From Octopus sinensis (lineage: Eukaryota), in the NCBI RefSeq assembly GCF_006345805.1, contig NC_042999.1, positions 44,888,001-44,952,000 of the forward strand: a stretch of 64,000 nucleotides of DNA. Direction: 5' to 3'. The position numbers were made by a program, and so were the translations under genes. Positions 11,984 through 23,909 of this stretch are shown here, one piece after another. A model generated the notes under the pieces. That model did not search any database, had not been told where the DNA came from, and was given only the letters and a program-made list of their open reading frames with translations. Position 1 is the first letter of the stretch. Every line of letters starts with the position of its first letter.

Positions 11984-13801
11984 TACATATAGTTGGGCTT
12001 CTATTTAGTATTCATCTGTCAAATTTCACTCACAAAGTATTGTGAGTGAAATTTGACAGATGAAAGCATTGATTGACTGAAGACTCAAGCACAAGACACT
12101 TTTCCAATTGCCAAAGATGCTATGCAGTGGGATCAAACATGAGACCAAGTGGTTGCAGAACAAACTTGCTAACCACAGAAGACTGCAATTACACTTGAAG
12201 GAATAAATTTACCATTTGTAGATGTTGTTCCTCAATTTTGGTGCGGGTGAACTAAGGTGATTGTAGTACAAGTAAGTAAATATATAAGTAAAGTTAGTCT
12301 AACAAAAATAAAATAAAAATAATAACCCTTCCCTTGATAAAGAATGTTGTGACTATATTTAGCTGTTTTATAAAGTGTATATAGTTATCAAAGCAAATGG
12401 AAGTTGTTTGTTGTTATAGTTATTGAAATAGTTATTGAAACAATTTTGGATGAATAAGAATACAGTTCAATAAGGCAACTTGGCCTCTTAACTTTATCAC
12501 ATTCTCTCCCTTTATCTCTCTATTCATCTCTCTCTTCTTGCTCTCTATGTTTCTCTCTCTCTTTATCTTTTTTAAATGTTGGTTTGTATTTGTGTTGAAG
12601 TATCAACTGATAAATCAATGTAAACTACAAAATCCTAATATGTGATATCTAATAATATCCAAATATTTGGTAACTAATCACATATCTATTAAATCAATAA
12701 TCAATGTCCAATTAACTGTGACATTATGTTCATGTATACATCCCTCCTTTATTGGTTTTCAATAATTCTTCCCCCAAAACTGTACCAGCCTTTTAGGTGC
12801 CATATCAATTTAATTTATCAACACTTAAACATTGTAGCTATGATAAGAGAGGTGCTTAATTAATTCATCAATCAATCAATTGATTTCTAAGTCAATTCAA
12901 TGCTGTATATAAATTTTTTGTAGAAAGTGTTTCTATTTAATTAAAAAAAAATTAACAAACCATAAAACAAAACAATAATCAACAAAAAATATAATTAAAT
13001 CATTGTTAGAACTGACAAAAAGAAAAAAAGAAAAGAAATCTTCCTCTTGTTTTATAGTTTTTGAGATGAGAATTTTTTAAAGCAAATATTTAGGCCATTG
13101 ATTTCTTGATTTCTTTTAGTTGAGTTGCACCATAGCCACTTTATAAGTCCTAAAGTATTCATTTATTTCAACATCTGACAAAACAATGAAACAAAACTGA
13201 ATAATTTGTTCAGGAAGGAAAGAGGATGTTAGTTGGTTATATCATTGTTAAATAAATAAAACGTTGGAGTCTAAACATACAAATATAGAACTTCTGTTTT
13301 GTGACTACAACTAGCACCAACTGAAACTAAAATTCCTATAAATAAATCACTCTAAATATCAATGGTAAATAAGATATTTTTTTCTTGAATGCTTTGAAAG
13401 ATATGATCAGTTGATTGCAAAACTGCAAATATATTCTCTTTTTTTCAATTTGTATTTTTGTTTGAAGTTACCTCAGAGGAAATGAACTTTTGAAGAAAGT
13501 GAGAATATATTCTAATTCTATAACGACTACATTATTGCTTTCCAGATGTGACAATTCGAAAACAGTGTCTGTATAACAGATAATTAAATGTACATGCAAA
13601 ACTAGACAAAATTACGTAAAGTTATTCTTATAAAATAAAAGTCTTTGAACTATGTCTCTTTCATAAAGCTATCATGTTTTATACCTTTCTATTTTACATT
13701 CAGGTAAGCAAAATTTTACAGTTCTGTATTTAAGAGATGAGGAGGAATTATGTATATTATTTACATTTGACGGATACTTGTCCTCATCTTGTTTGTTGTT
13801 A

Positions 13802-13846
13802 ATGCAACATTTCAGCTGATATACCCTCCAGCCTTCGTCAGGTGTC
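13802..13846 (-). ncRNA. Minimal type I hammerhead ribozyme motif
   Basis: gacac-CTGACGA-a-GGCTG-gagggtatat-CAGCT-GAAA-tgtt. Confidence 0.7.
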
Positions 13847-13891
13847 TTGGGGAAATTTCGAACCTGGGTTCTCATTCCTAAGGTACTTTTC

Positions 13892-13965
13892 GGGCACATG
13901 GCGTAGTGTTTAAGAGCACAGGTTACTAACCCCAAAATTCTGAGTTCAATTCCAGGCAGTGACCT
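13892..13965 (+). promoter_or_regulatory. tRNA-like Pol III head (A and B boxes)
   Basis: GGGCACA-TGGCGTAGTGTT-taagagc..-GAGTTCAATTCC-aggcagtgacc; tRNA-length unit. Confidence 0.75.
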
Positions 13966-14053
13966 GAATAATAATAATAATAATAACAACAACAACAACA
14001 ACAACATTAAAAAAGACTTTAGGAATGAGAACCCAGGTTCGAAATTTCCCCAA

Positions 14054-14098
14054 GAGACCTGATGAAGGCTGGAGTGTATATCAGCCAAAACATGTTAA
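14054..14098 (+). ncRNA. Hammerhead motif, GAAA mutated to AAAA
   Basis: gagac-CTGATGA-a-GGCTG-gagtgtatat-CAGCC-aaaa-catgtt. Confidence 0.6.
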
Positions 14099-14452
14099 CA
14101 ACAAACAAGATGAGGACAAATACCCATCAAATGTAAATAATGAAGCAAAATTTTGCTATAACAATTTAATATTAAAAGAATATAGCAAAATATATTTCAG
14201 TTATATATTTTTAAGAAAATAAAAAGCAAATCATTTTCTAATTAGCTCTTGTTCCATAGCTGTAGCATTATAATTTTATCTTCTAATTTATTCCCCAGAA
14301 AGTTATCCCTTCCACTACTTTGATTTCACCATATCTTTCTTACACTTTTTCAACATTATGCTAACTTAAATTAACCTCAGGAAATACAGTGGTCACCTCT
14401 CTTCCCACTCCTTCTTCTCTTGAAGATCCTCTAAAACAATGATTTCAAATGG

Positions 14453-14825
14453 GGGACTATAGTATAATTCTACAAATGTCATGAAGACAATATTCTAGAC
14501 TATATTCAGAGAAAGGTTATTTGACTGATTAAAAGGGTAATTTTAATTCGGTGATGAATGACCATGGAATTACACAAGTCCAGATAAGGTTGTTTATGAA
14601 AGACCAGCAGTTGTCCATGCAAATGAGGGACTATAGTATAATTCTACAAATGTCATGAAGACAATATTCAAAGACTATATTCAGAGAAAGGTTATTTGAC
14701 TGAAAAAAAAAAGGTAAAAACCTCCTTCAGTGATGAATGACCATGGAATTGCACTTAGAAAGTTACCCTCTGAGGCACAAGTCCAGGTAAGGTTGTTTAT
14801 GAAAGACCAGCAGTTGTCCATGCAT
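14453..14825. repeat. Local tandem duplication, about 175 bp unit
   Basis: gggactatagtataattctacaaatgtcatgaagacaatattc... occurs at about 14453 and 14627. Confidence 0.85.
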
Positions 14826-15136
14826 ACTAGCCTCCCTTCTCCATGCCGCCAATGTTATCCAAGAGAAAGGCAAAGCCAATGCAGTTTGGCACCAGTGATG
14901 GCACAACTGGAGCAACATGAAAGAAAGTGCTTTGCTCAAGAACACAATACACAACCTGGTCTAGGAATCGAACTCACTACCTCCTGATTGCGAGCCATTC
15001 ATAGTCATGGTCCACAGGTGTGCTGTCTCATCTCCCTGTCTTTTCTATCACTGCTATGATGGGCTCTCCTTCACAGAGCTGGCTAGTCTCATACCTCCTC
15101 TACACAGGAGTGCCTCTTATTTCTTTTATTTCTTTT

Positions 15137-15764
15137 CTTTTACTTGTTTCAGTCATTTGACTGTGGTCATGCTGGAGCACTGCCTTTAGTCGAACAAATC
15201 GACCCCAGGACTTATTCTTTGTTAGCCTAGTTCTTATTCTATCGGTCCAATTTGCCGAACTGCTAAGTTATGGGGACATAAACACACCAGCATCGGTTGT
15301 CAAGCAATGTTGGGGGTGGGGGACAAACACACACACACACAAACGCACACACACACACACACATACACACAAACACACATATACACACGATGGGCTTCTT
15401 TCAGTTTCCATCTACCAAATCCACTCACAAGGCTTTGGTTGGCCTGAGGCTATAGTAGAAGACACTTGCCCAAGTGTCTTTTACTATAGCCCCAAGCAGA
15501 CCGAAGCCTTGTGAGTGGATTTGGTAGACAGACACTGAAAGAAGCCCATTGTATATATGTATATATATATATGTGTTTGTCCCCCCAACATCACTTGACA
15601 ACTGATGCTGGTGTGTTTACGTCCCTGTAACTTAGTGGTTCAGCAAAAAAAAAAACCGATAGAATAAGTACTAGGCTTACAAAGAATAAATCCTGGGGTC
15701 GATTTGCTCGACTAAAGGCGGTGCTCCAGAATGGCTGCAGTCAAATGACTGAAACAAGTAAAAG
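15137..15764. mobile_element. Two headless SINE-A copies fused as a palindrome
   Basis: A minus copy (15137-15474) and a plus copy (15471-15764) meet at aagacacttg-cc-caagtgtctt. Confidence 0.88.
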
Positions 15765-16413
15765 AGTGAAGAATTTTGCCCAGTGGGCTAACAATTCTGC
15801 CAACTTGCCACCTTAGAAAAAAAAAAAAGTGAAAAACTTATAGAATATTGATATAAAATGTTCATAAATATGTTATACAATAATCCACAGACATAAGGAC
15901 TACACTACAACATTAAAGACATTATTAAAAGATGCTGTTATAGAAGATTATTGACTTAGCAATTAGATTTCATTGTGAAAGCATGTGACCTAGTGATTAG
16001 GGCATTGAAGATCATGGTTTCAATTTCTAGACTGTTTTCTTGAGCAAATACTTCATTTTATGTTGCTCCCGTCTGCTTAGCTGTAAATGGGTTCTGGCAA
16101 TAACTGGGAAGTTAACCACATGACAGATCAGCGTCCAGTTCAGGAGAGAGTGTTGTAGTCTCAATCAATTACACACTGGAAAATAAGGTTAAATTTGGAC
16201 CCTGTGAATCAGTGTTAAAAGATTAAGAATTGTTGCCCCACACATCAAATGTGGAAACTCATCATCTCCAGAAATCATATTTGGAAACTGATGGGCTTAA
16301 TGGAACTAAGGCACCTTCAAGAATACTTTATATTAATTTCATTACTTTTTGTTTTAGTATAAAATGTCTTTGATTCTAAAAAGTTGCTGATTTAAAGAAA
16401 ATGTCTTTTTTTT

Positions 16414-16665
16414 AACAATTGCAGCATGGAAGGTGTTTATAAGTCATTTAAAAACACACAAAGATGCAGCACGGAATTTTTTCAGTGAACAGGTCACGAT
16501 TTCAAAACAACGAAAATATTTTGGCAAATAAAATTTAAATGTTGAAGTGAATCTAATGTTTTTTGTGTGTTTTTAAATGGCTTATTAACACCTTCCATGC
16601 TGCAATTGTTTTTGTTTCAACACACTATCTCAGATCAAGTCACTTGCTATGCAAGTACATCTCTA
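16414..16665. mobile_element. Inverted-repeat plus one-sided tail insertion (Penelope-like architecture)
   Basis: About 50 bp arms aacaattgcagcatggaaggtgtt..aaacacacaaa and tttgtgtgttt..aacaccttccatgctgcaattgtt, followed by a ~55 nt extension. tc(t)7-8aa lies on both flanks. Confidence 0.55.
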
Positions 16666-17704
16666 TCTTTTTTTAAAATTTGTACTATTAAAGAACCAAG
16701 TTTCCATAACTGTAATGGTGTGCTATTTTAGCCTAAAACATCATTTAATGAATTCAGCTGGTATCGTTTATCTTGTATCTTTTACTTGTTTCAGACATTA
16801 GACTGTGTCCATGCTGGGGCATTGCCTTCAAGAATTCTTTCGTCAAATGAATTGATCCTAATACCTATTATTTTAAAGCCTGGTATTTTTCTATTGGTCT
16901 CTTCTGCTGAACCACTGGGTTACAGGGAGATAAATACACCAACACTGGTTCTCAAGTGGTGGTGGGTGACAAGCACCAACACAAAGACACTCACACATAC
17001 ACATAGATATAAGCTTCTCTCAGTTTCTGTTTACTAAATCCACTCACAAAGCTTTGGTTGACCCAAAGCTATAGTAGAAGATGCTTGCCCAAGTGTCACA
17101 CCCTGGTGACTGAACCTGATATGTGAATCTATTTTCACGAACTCTTGTTGATTGTTACCTCAATGGTGTAATTTTATCCTTTTTTTAAAAATCCTTCTTA
17201 TTCTCTTTATTCCTCAGAAAAAATGGAAAAAAAACATATGTTCCATAAATTGCTTCCAGACTAATTATTTCCCAACTATTAGAAGTATCTCACTTCATAA
17301 AATTTTTAATTATTACACCTAAGTTATGTCATGCTGAAGATTTCTAAAAAGAATGAAATAGTGTTATGCATGAATATCACTGAATAGAAATTTTAAGAAC
17401 TTCATAATAAGTAAGCAACAATAATATCCATTTCCATATTCCTTAATTTCAAATTCAAACTTCTAATTCTCTCAAGTGTTATGGAGAAATTATTATTTCT
17501 CTTGTATTAACTGTCTTTTATACTGAACTCTATTATTTTGAACTGAACTGGACTGGAGTTTCATGGCTAATTGATAAAAAAAAAAGAATTTTTCGATGTT
17601 CATTTTAGAAACAAGGCTTTCTGAAATATTTAAGCTTTGTTCCCAACATAAATGAGTCTTGGCACTTTAATGTTTGCATATACTTTTGTAAGCATACAAG
17701 TAGA

Positions 17705-18845
<1,141 letters not shown>

Positions 18846-19259
18846 ACACTAAAAGAATATATTTTGCCTTGTTTATTAGTGGTTCAATATGATTATTTCT
18901 GCAGTTGCTGGAGAAGGGTTAATTATGATGGAGGATAGCTGTGAATATGTCCCAAAAGTTTTTATAGACACAGAGACAGATTCAATCAAAAATATAAATA
19001 TAAAAGTCAATCAAACAAACAGTTGCAGGCATAAACACAAGCAATTACGATTTGAGAATGAAGAAAGGGAAAAAAGAGGAAAAGGTTATGAAAACCTGTA
19101 TTTTAAATGATAATAACAAAATCACAAAAACATAATGCCACCCCACCACCACAATCATTACCCCCCCCCCCCCCGGCTTTCATTGCTGCCTCCACCACTG
19201 CATGCTGTTTAAATTAAAAAACAGCTCTTCAAGAATGGAAGTGACAAGAAATATTTGTT

Positions 19260-20211
19260 TTGACTAAGGAAATGAAGCTTTCAGTGTCCAGTCATGTCCA
19301 CAATGATTTGACTGGTTTTGTTTGGAAAATTTTTCTCTTGTAGATTTCCCTCGATCTGAACAAGTAAGTTCTATCAATACTGAGCTTCTGGATACTGTAG
19401 TTGAGGAAAATCCAAAGCAAACTGTACGAGAATTAGCAAAGTACTTCAATACAACTTGCACTTCGATCATAAAGCACCTTCATGAATTAGGAAAACTGTT
19501 TATAATTGGTTAGGGGATCTTAATTGAAGAGTTGAAAAATAGACTTGTTAGCGAACTTTTCCTGGGTAAAACCATCACAAATGATGAAAAGTGGGTTCTT
19601 TATAATCATATCATATCAAAACAAAAATGGTTATCATCCAATAAAAAAGAACCTATCTACAAACCAGGACTACACCTGAAAACCTTTATACTCTATGTTT
19701 GGTGTGATATGAAGGGTATCATCTATCATAAAGTATTAAACTAAAACAAAACAGCTAATGTGAAGTATTGTCACCAACTAGAAGCATTGCACAAAAATTT
19801 GTAGATAAAGCACCTATCATTGGTCAGCCATAAGAAGGTATTGGTCTTACAAATGTAAGAACATAAATTACTCAAGTCACTCAAGAACAGGTCATGGTAC
19901 TAAATATGGAAGTTTTGCCTCATCTTTCTTACTCTCCTGACCTTGCTTCATCTTTTCACATCATTGCAATGCTATTTGGAAGGAAAACAGTTTATTAATT
20001 GTGAAGAGATTAAAAATGTTATTGACTGTTTTTTACTTTGAAACTTGAAGAATTTTGCACCCAAGAAATCAACAGTTTGCCAAATAGATGGGAAAAGGTT
20101 ATCAGTAATGAGAGGGAAATAATATCTTGATTAAATATATTAATTAAGACCATGGAAGCATTTGTTTCTTTCTCATTTTGAAGTGCAATAAGACTTTCTT
20201 TCAACGTAATA
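19260..20211 (+). mobile_element. mariner transposon fossil (old, 5'-truncated)
   Basis: TVRELAKYFN..KHLHELGK, ITNDEKWVLY, VWCDMKGII, HLSYSPDLAS, LPNRWEKVI; many disruptions. Confidence 0.85.
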
Positions 20212-20873
20212 TTTTCTGAGGTATGAAAGTGAATTTAACAGTTTTTGAGTGCTTTTAGAAGGCTAGAATGGCTTTTCCGCAATGTAACTTCAGATGCTTA
20301 ATGTGATTAAGAAAGCATCAGTGTCACACAGTCTCATTTACTTTCCCTCTCTCTTGTAAATCTGTGGTAGGCGGCATACTTTTGTAAGAAACCAATAATG
20401 TTATGGTTAACCAGAAAAATTCTGATAGTAATGCAAATAAACATAGTGACAGCAAAGTTCATGTTGACAGAAAGGAATAAAGCATTTCCTTAATAAGAGA
20501 AGAATAAAGGATTCCCTTAAAGGAAAAGGGTTAAAAAAAATGGGAGGAGAATATAAAAATAGAAATTATTTTTCTAATTAAGTAACAAAAAAAGAAACAA
20601 CAACTTCAAGATGGAGAACAACTAATCAAAAGATCAATAAACTTAATTCTATCAAAATCATATTAAGTCCTTGGTGATTAAATTGGCAGCAAAGGAAAAA
20701 AATTAACAAAGTAACCATTCACAAAGTCAGCGCATATTTCCAAATACTCTGCTGTGTCAATCAAATTCTTAATTAAATGTTGTAAGGTCCTGACAGATTA
20801 TATTTAAGTTGCCATTTAATTCTTTTTACCCAATATTCTTTTACTGTTTTAGAATGTCAGCTTACATATATAT

Positions 20874-20922
<49 letters not shown>

Positions 20923-21884
20923 ATATATATAAATATATGTATGTATGTACGTATGTATGTATGTATGTATGTATGTAAAATGTGTGTGTGTGTGTTTCTG
21001 TGTGGTGTGTATGAAAGTGAATCCTGAAATGCTATGAATTACAAACTGTCACACTGAGCAGAAATAATTCAGTTTTATATTGTGATTTAGATATTGCTTG
21101 TTGTTGACAATCTGCTGCATCGGTTCACCAATAATGTACTATGGAGCACTGGTGTCCTGCAGAGTGCAACTAGGTGCACTGCAAAAGTAAATCATTTCTA
21201 ACACAGGCATAGGGTGAAGAATCTAGAAAGCGGTGTCAGTCGATGAAATTCATTCCAGCACTTGACTTGTGTTTTATTTTTCACCGTTCTCAGAAGGATG
21301 GAAACAAGACTGAACTCGGCTGGATTTGAACTCTGAATGCGAATGGCTGTAACTAAATACCACAAAGCATTTTGTGCTCTGATGACTCTACCAATTCAGC
21401 ACCCTTGTATTGTGGAAGTAAAAATGTAAATTATGAAAAAATGCTAACATACAAGTTGAAATTCTAAATATAAAATGTAAAGATTATTTGCCAACATAAC
21501 ATGGCAGCCCTGGTTAGGACAAATGTTACTGCTATTTAGCCCCAGGAAATATCGTTTCCAGCTGGCTATACAACACGTTATCTATGTCCTTATATTTTTG
21601 AACAAGGAAGTTTAGCATCCCCACTCAACACAAAACAATATCTGTGTATTGCAATTTCTGGATTATTTTCCTTCATCTGCACAGAATAACTGTTCGGCTA
21701 AATTCTTGTTCGAAATATATAGTTTTCAAAGTGACACACAGTCACTGGTTTAAAAAATAGAAAATTACTATTTGTAAATTTGAGAGATTTATAAATAGTA
21801 ATTTTCTATTTTAAATATAAAATCTTGCTAGCAATGGCTAACCCTTTAGTATTCAAATTACCATGAATGCTTATAATTCTTTTA

Positions 21885-22275
21885 TTCTTTTACTTGTTTC
21901 AGTCATTTGACTGTGGCCATGCTGGAGCACCACATTAAAGGGTTTTAGTCTAACAAATCAACCCCAGGACTTATTTTTTAAAAACCCTAGTATCCATTCT
22001 ATTGGTCTCTTTTGCTAAACTTCTAAGTTATGGGGTCATAAACGTACCAATATTGGTTGTCAAGCGGAGGGGGGGGGCACAGACACAGAGACACACACGT
22101 ATTGATACACACACACACAATGGACTTTTTTCATTTTCTGTCTATCAAATACACTGACAAGGTTTTAGTCTGCCTGAGATTAAAGTAGAAGACACTTGCC
22201 CAAAGTGCCAATGCAGTGGGACTGAACCCAGAACCATGTGGTTGGGAAGTAAGCTTCTTACCAAACAGTTATGCC
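21885..22275 (-). mobile_element. SINE family A
   Basis: Homology to 3382-3775. Confidence 0.85.
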
Positions 22276-22787
22276 TGTTGTTGTGAATTAACCATGTATT
22301 ATCTCATAGCCTCAAGATTTTGATGATGTGATTCTTTATTTTTAGAATGACATTGCAGGTTAGGTATGAGGGGCATAATCTGGCTAATTTCAACATAAAA
22401 CTGGTAGAATTTAGAAAGTGGTGTCAGTCGATTAAGTTTACTCCAGCACTTGGCTTGTGCTTTAATTTTCATCATTCCTAGAAGGATGGAAAGAAGGCTG
22501 AACTCAGCTGGACTTGAACTCTGAATGTCAATGTCTGGATTTAGTTAGTTTTAAGTGACAAAAAACTCTCAAGCAGAAGGTCTTCAGAGAAGAAACCCCA
22601 CACAGGCAAGTGTTTCAGCCTTTAACTTCTTACACTTTAAGGAAGCTGGGTTGCATCCAAGTCATGATTCCTGGATACCCATCTGCTGACACTTTCAAGC
22701 CACTTGGATATTAGAAACTTGTGCATTTAAACCACTTGAAAATTTCATTTAGTTCACTATTGACTCAGCTTTCAAACTTATACTTAA

Positions 22788-23011
22788 CCCATTAATTTCC
22801 CACTGTCCTATGAATAGGACACTAAATGAGAACATTAAATAAGCTATATCACATTGTCTCATTGTCCTATTTATAGGACACTGATTATTTCCATTTCTAC
22901 TTGAAGTAAAGGAGTTTTAATAATTATTGTTTTCCTTTTAACCAATTTCCAATCATCTGCAAAAATTTAAAAGTAATATTCAGAAATTTAAGTACTCTGG
23001 GACTTAATGGG
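22788..23011. mobile_element. piggyBac-type MITE
   Basis: TTAA|cccattaatttccca ... tgggacttaatggg|TAAA, with internal gtcctat..ataggacac repeats. Confidence 0.65.
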
Positions 23012-23127
23012 TAAAAGCAGAAATAAAGTTGGTTGTCATGGTAGCAGTGAAACATTAGTGCCATCACAATGACTCAGAATTACTTCCCTTAGCATTAAAA
23101 TACAAATACAAAAATATTCTTTTCTAC

Positions 23128-23325
23128 AATAGGTACAAGGCCAAATTTTTTGGGGAGGGGAGCAGTCGATTAGATTGACCTCAGTATGCAACTAGTAATT
23201 AATTTATTGACCCTGAAAGGATAAGTCAACCTCAGCAGAATTTGAACTCAGAACGTAAAGACAAACAAAATACTCGATAAATGTTTTGCCTGGCGTGCTA
23301 ATGTTTCTGTCAGCTTGCCACCTTA
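23128..23325 (-). mobile_element. SINE family B
   Basis: Reverse complement of the family B head and body. Confidence 0.8.
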
Positions 23326-23351
23326 CATATATGAATACAAAAATATTGCTT

Positions 23352-23697
23352 TCAAATGGTACGGAGGTCGTTTTTGTTCCTCCTTGACCAAATCCAGCTG
23401 GAACACCTTGCCACTGTCTCTGATATTGCCTTTAAGGCTTTGGTCCTGTTCTTCCCAGAGACTGAGAGTTGTTTCATTAGATCGTAAACAGAATTGTCCA
23501 CAAAATCTCTGGCTTCAACCTCTACAGTGAGTACTTTGACCAAGAAGTTGGCTTCCCTCGGGCTGTTGGCCAGACTGGTGTATTTTTCAAACTTGAACAC
23601 ATGTGCTTTTTCAATTCTAAGGTCAAACAGCATGGTGAGTTTAATCGAAATCAGTTGCTTTGATGAACTGGAATGGAATATATCTAAAGGGTTAACT
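23352..23697 (-). mobile_element. HERO/R2-superfamily retrotransposon C-terminal restriction-like endonuclease fragment
   Basis: PLDIFHSSSSKQLISIKLTMLFDLRIEKAHVFKFEKYTSL..VEVEARDFV..KAISETVARCSSWIWSRR resembles the RPD..IELTVP..E.AH..K..KY..VEVG.RGF..S.WIW.RR pattern. Confidence 0.7.
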
Positions 23698-23717
23698 TAA
23701 ACTTATAACTGAGATGC

Positions 23718-23909
23718 AGTTCTATATTTAAGAGATGAGGAATCATGTACATTATTTACATTTGATGGATATTTGTCCTCATCTTGTTTGTTGTTAACAC
23801 AATGTTTAACACCTGACACCTGAAGAAGGCTGGAGGGTATATCAACTGAAACGTGTTAACAACAAACAAGATGAGGACAAATATCTGTCGAATGTAAATA
23901 ATGTAAATA
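23718..23909 (+). mobile_element. Second copy of the hammerhead-bearing inverted-repeat element (headless)
   Basis: Same left terminus agttctatatttaagagatgagga. Motif gacac-CTGAAGA-a-ggctg..caact-GAAA-cgtgtt at 23815-23857. Perfect 13 bp TSD ataactgagatgc at 23705-23717 and 23910-23922. Confidence 0.82.

Larger units (their letters stand above)
13720..14142 (+). mobile_element. tRNA-headed, hammerhead-bearing SINE-like element inserted as an inverted repeat (Penelope-type)
   Basis: Inverted arms at about 13755-13890 and 14010-14142 surround a tRNA-like head and (AAT)n(AAC)n. TSD aagcaaaatttt(a/g)c at 13706-13719 and 14143-14156. Confidence 0.8.

Noticed and set aside
13892-13965. Possible functional tRNA gene
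   Set aside because: The stems pair poorly and it is fused to a repeat body; treated as a SINE head.
18889-19110. 73 aa non-repetitive ORF
   Set aside because: No recognisable domain or splice signals; length is within chance expectation.
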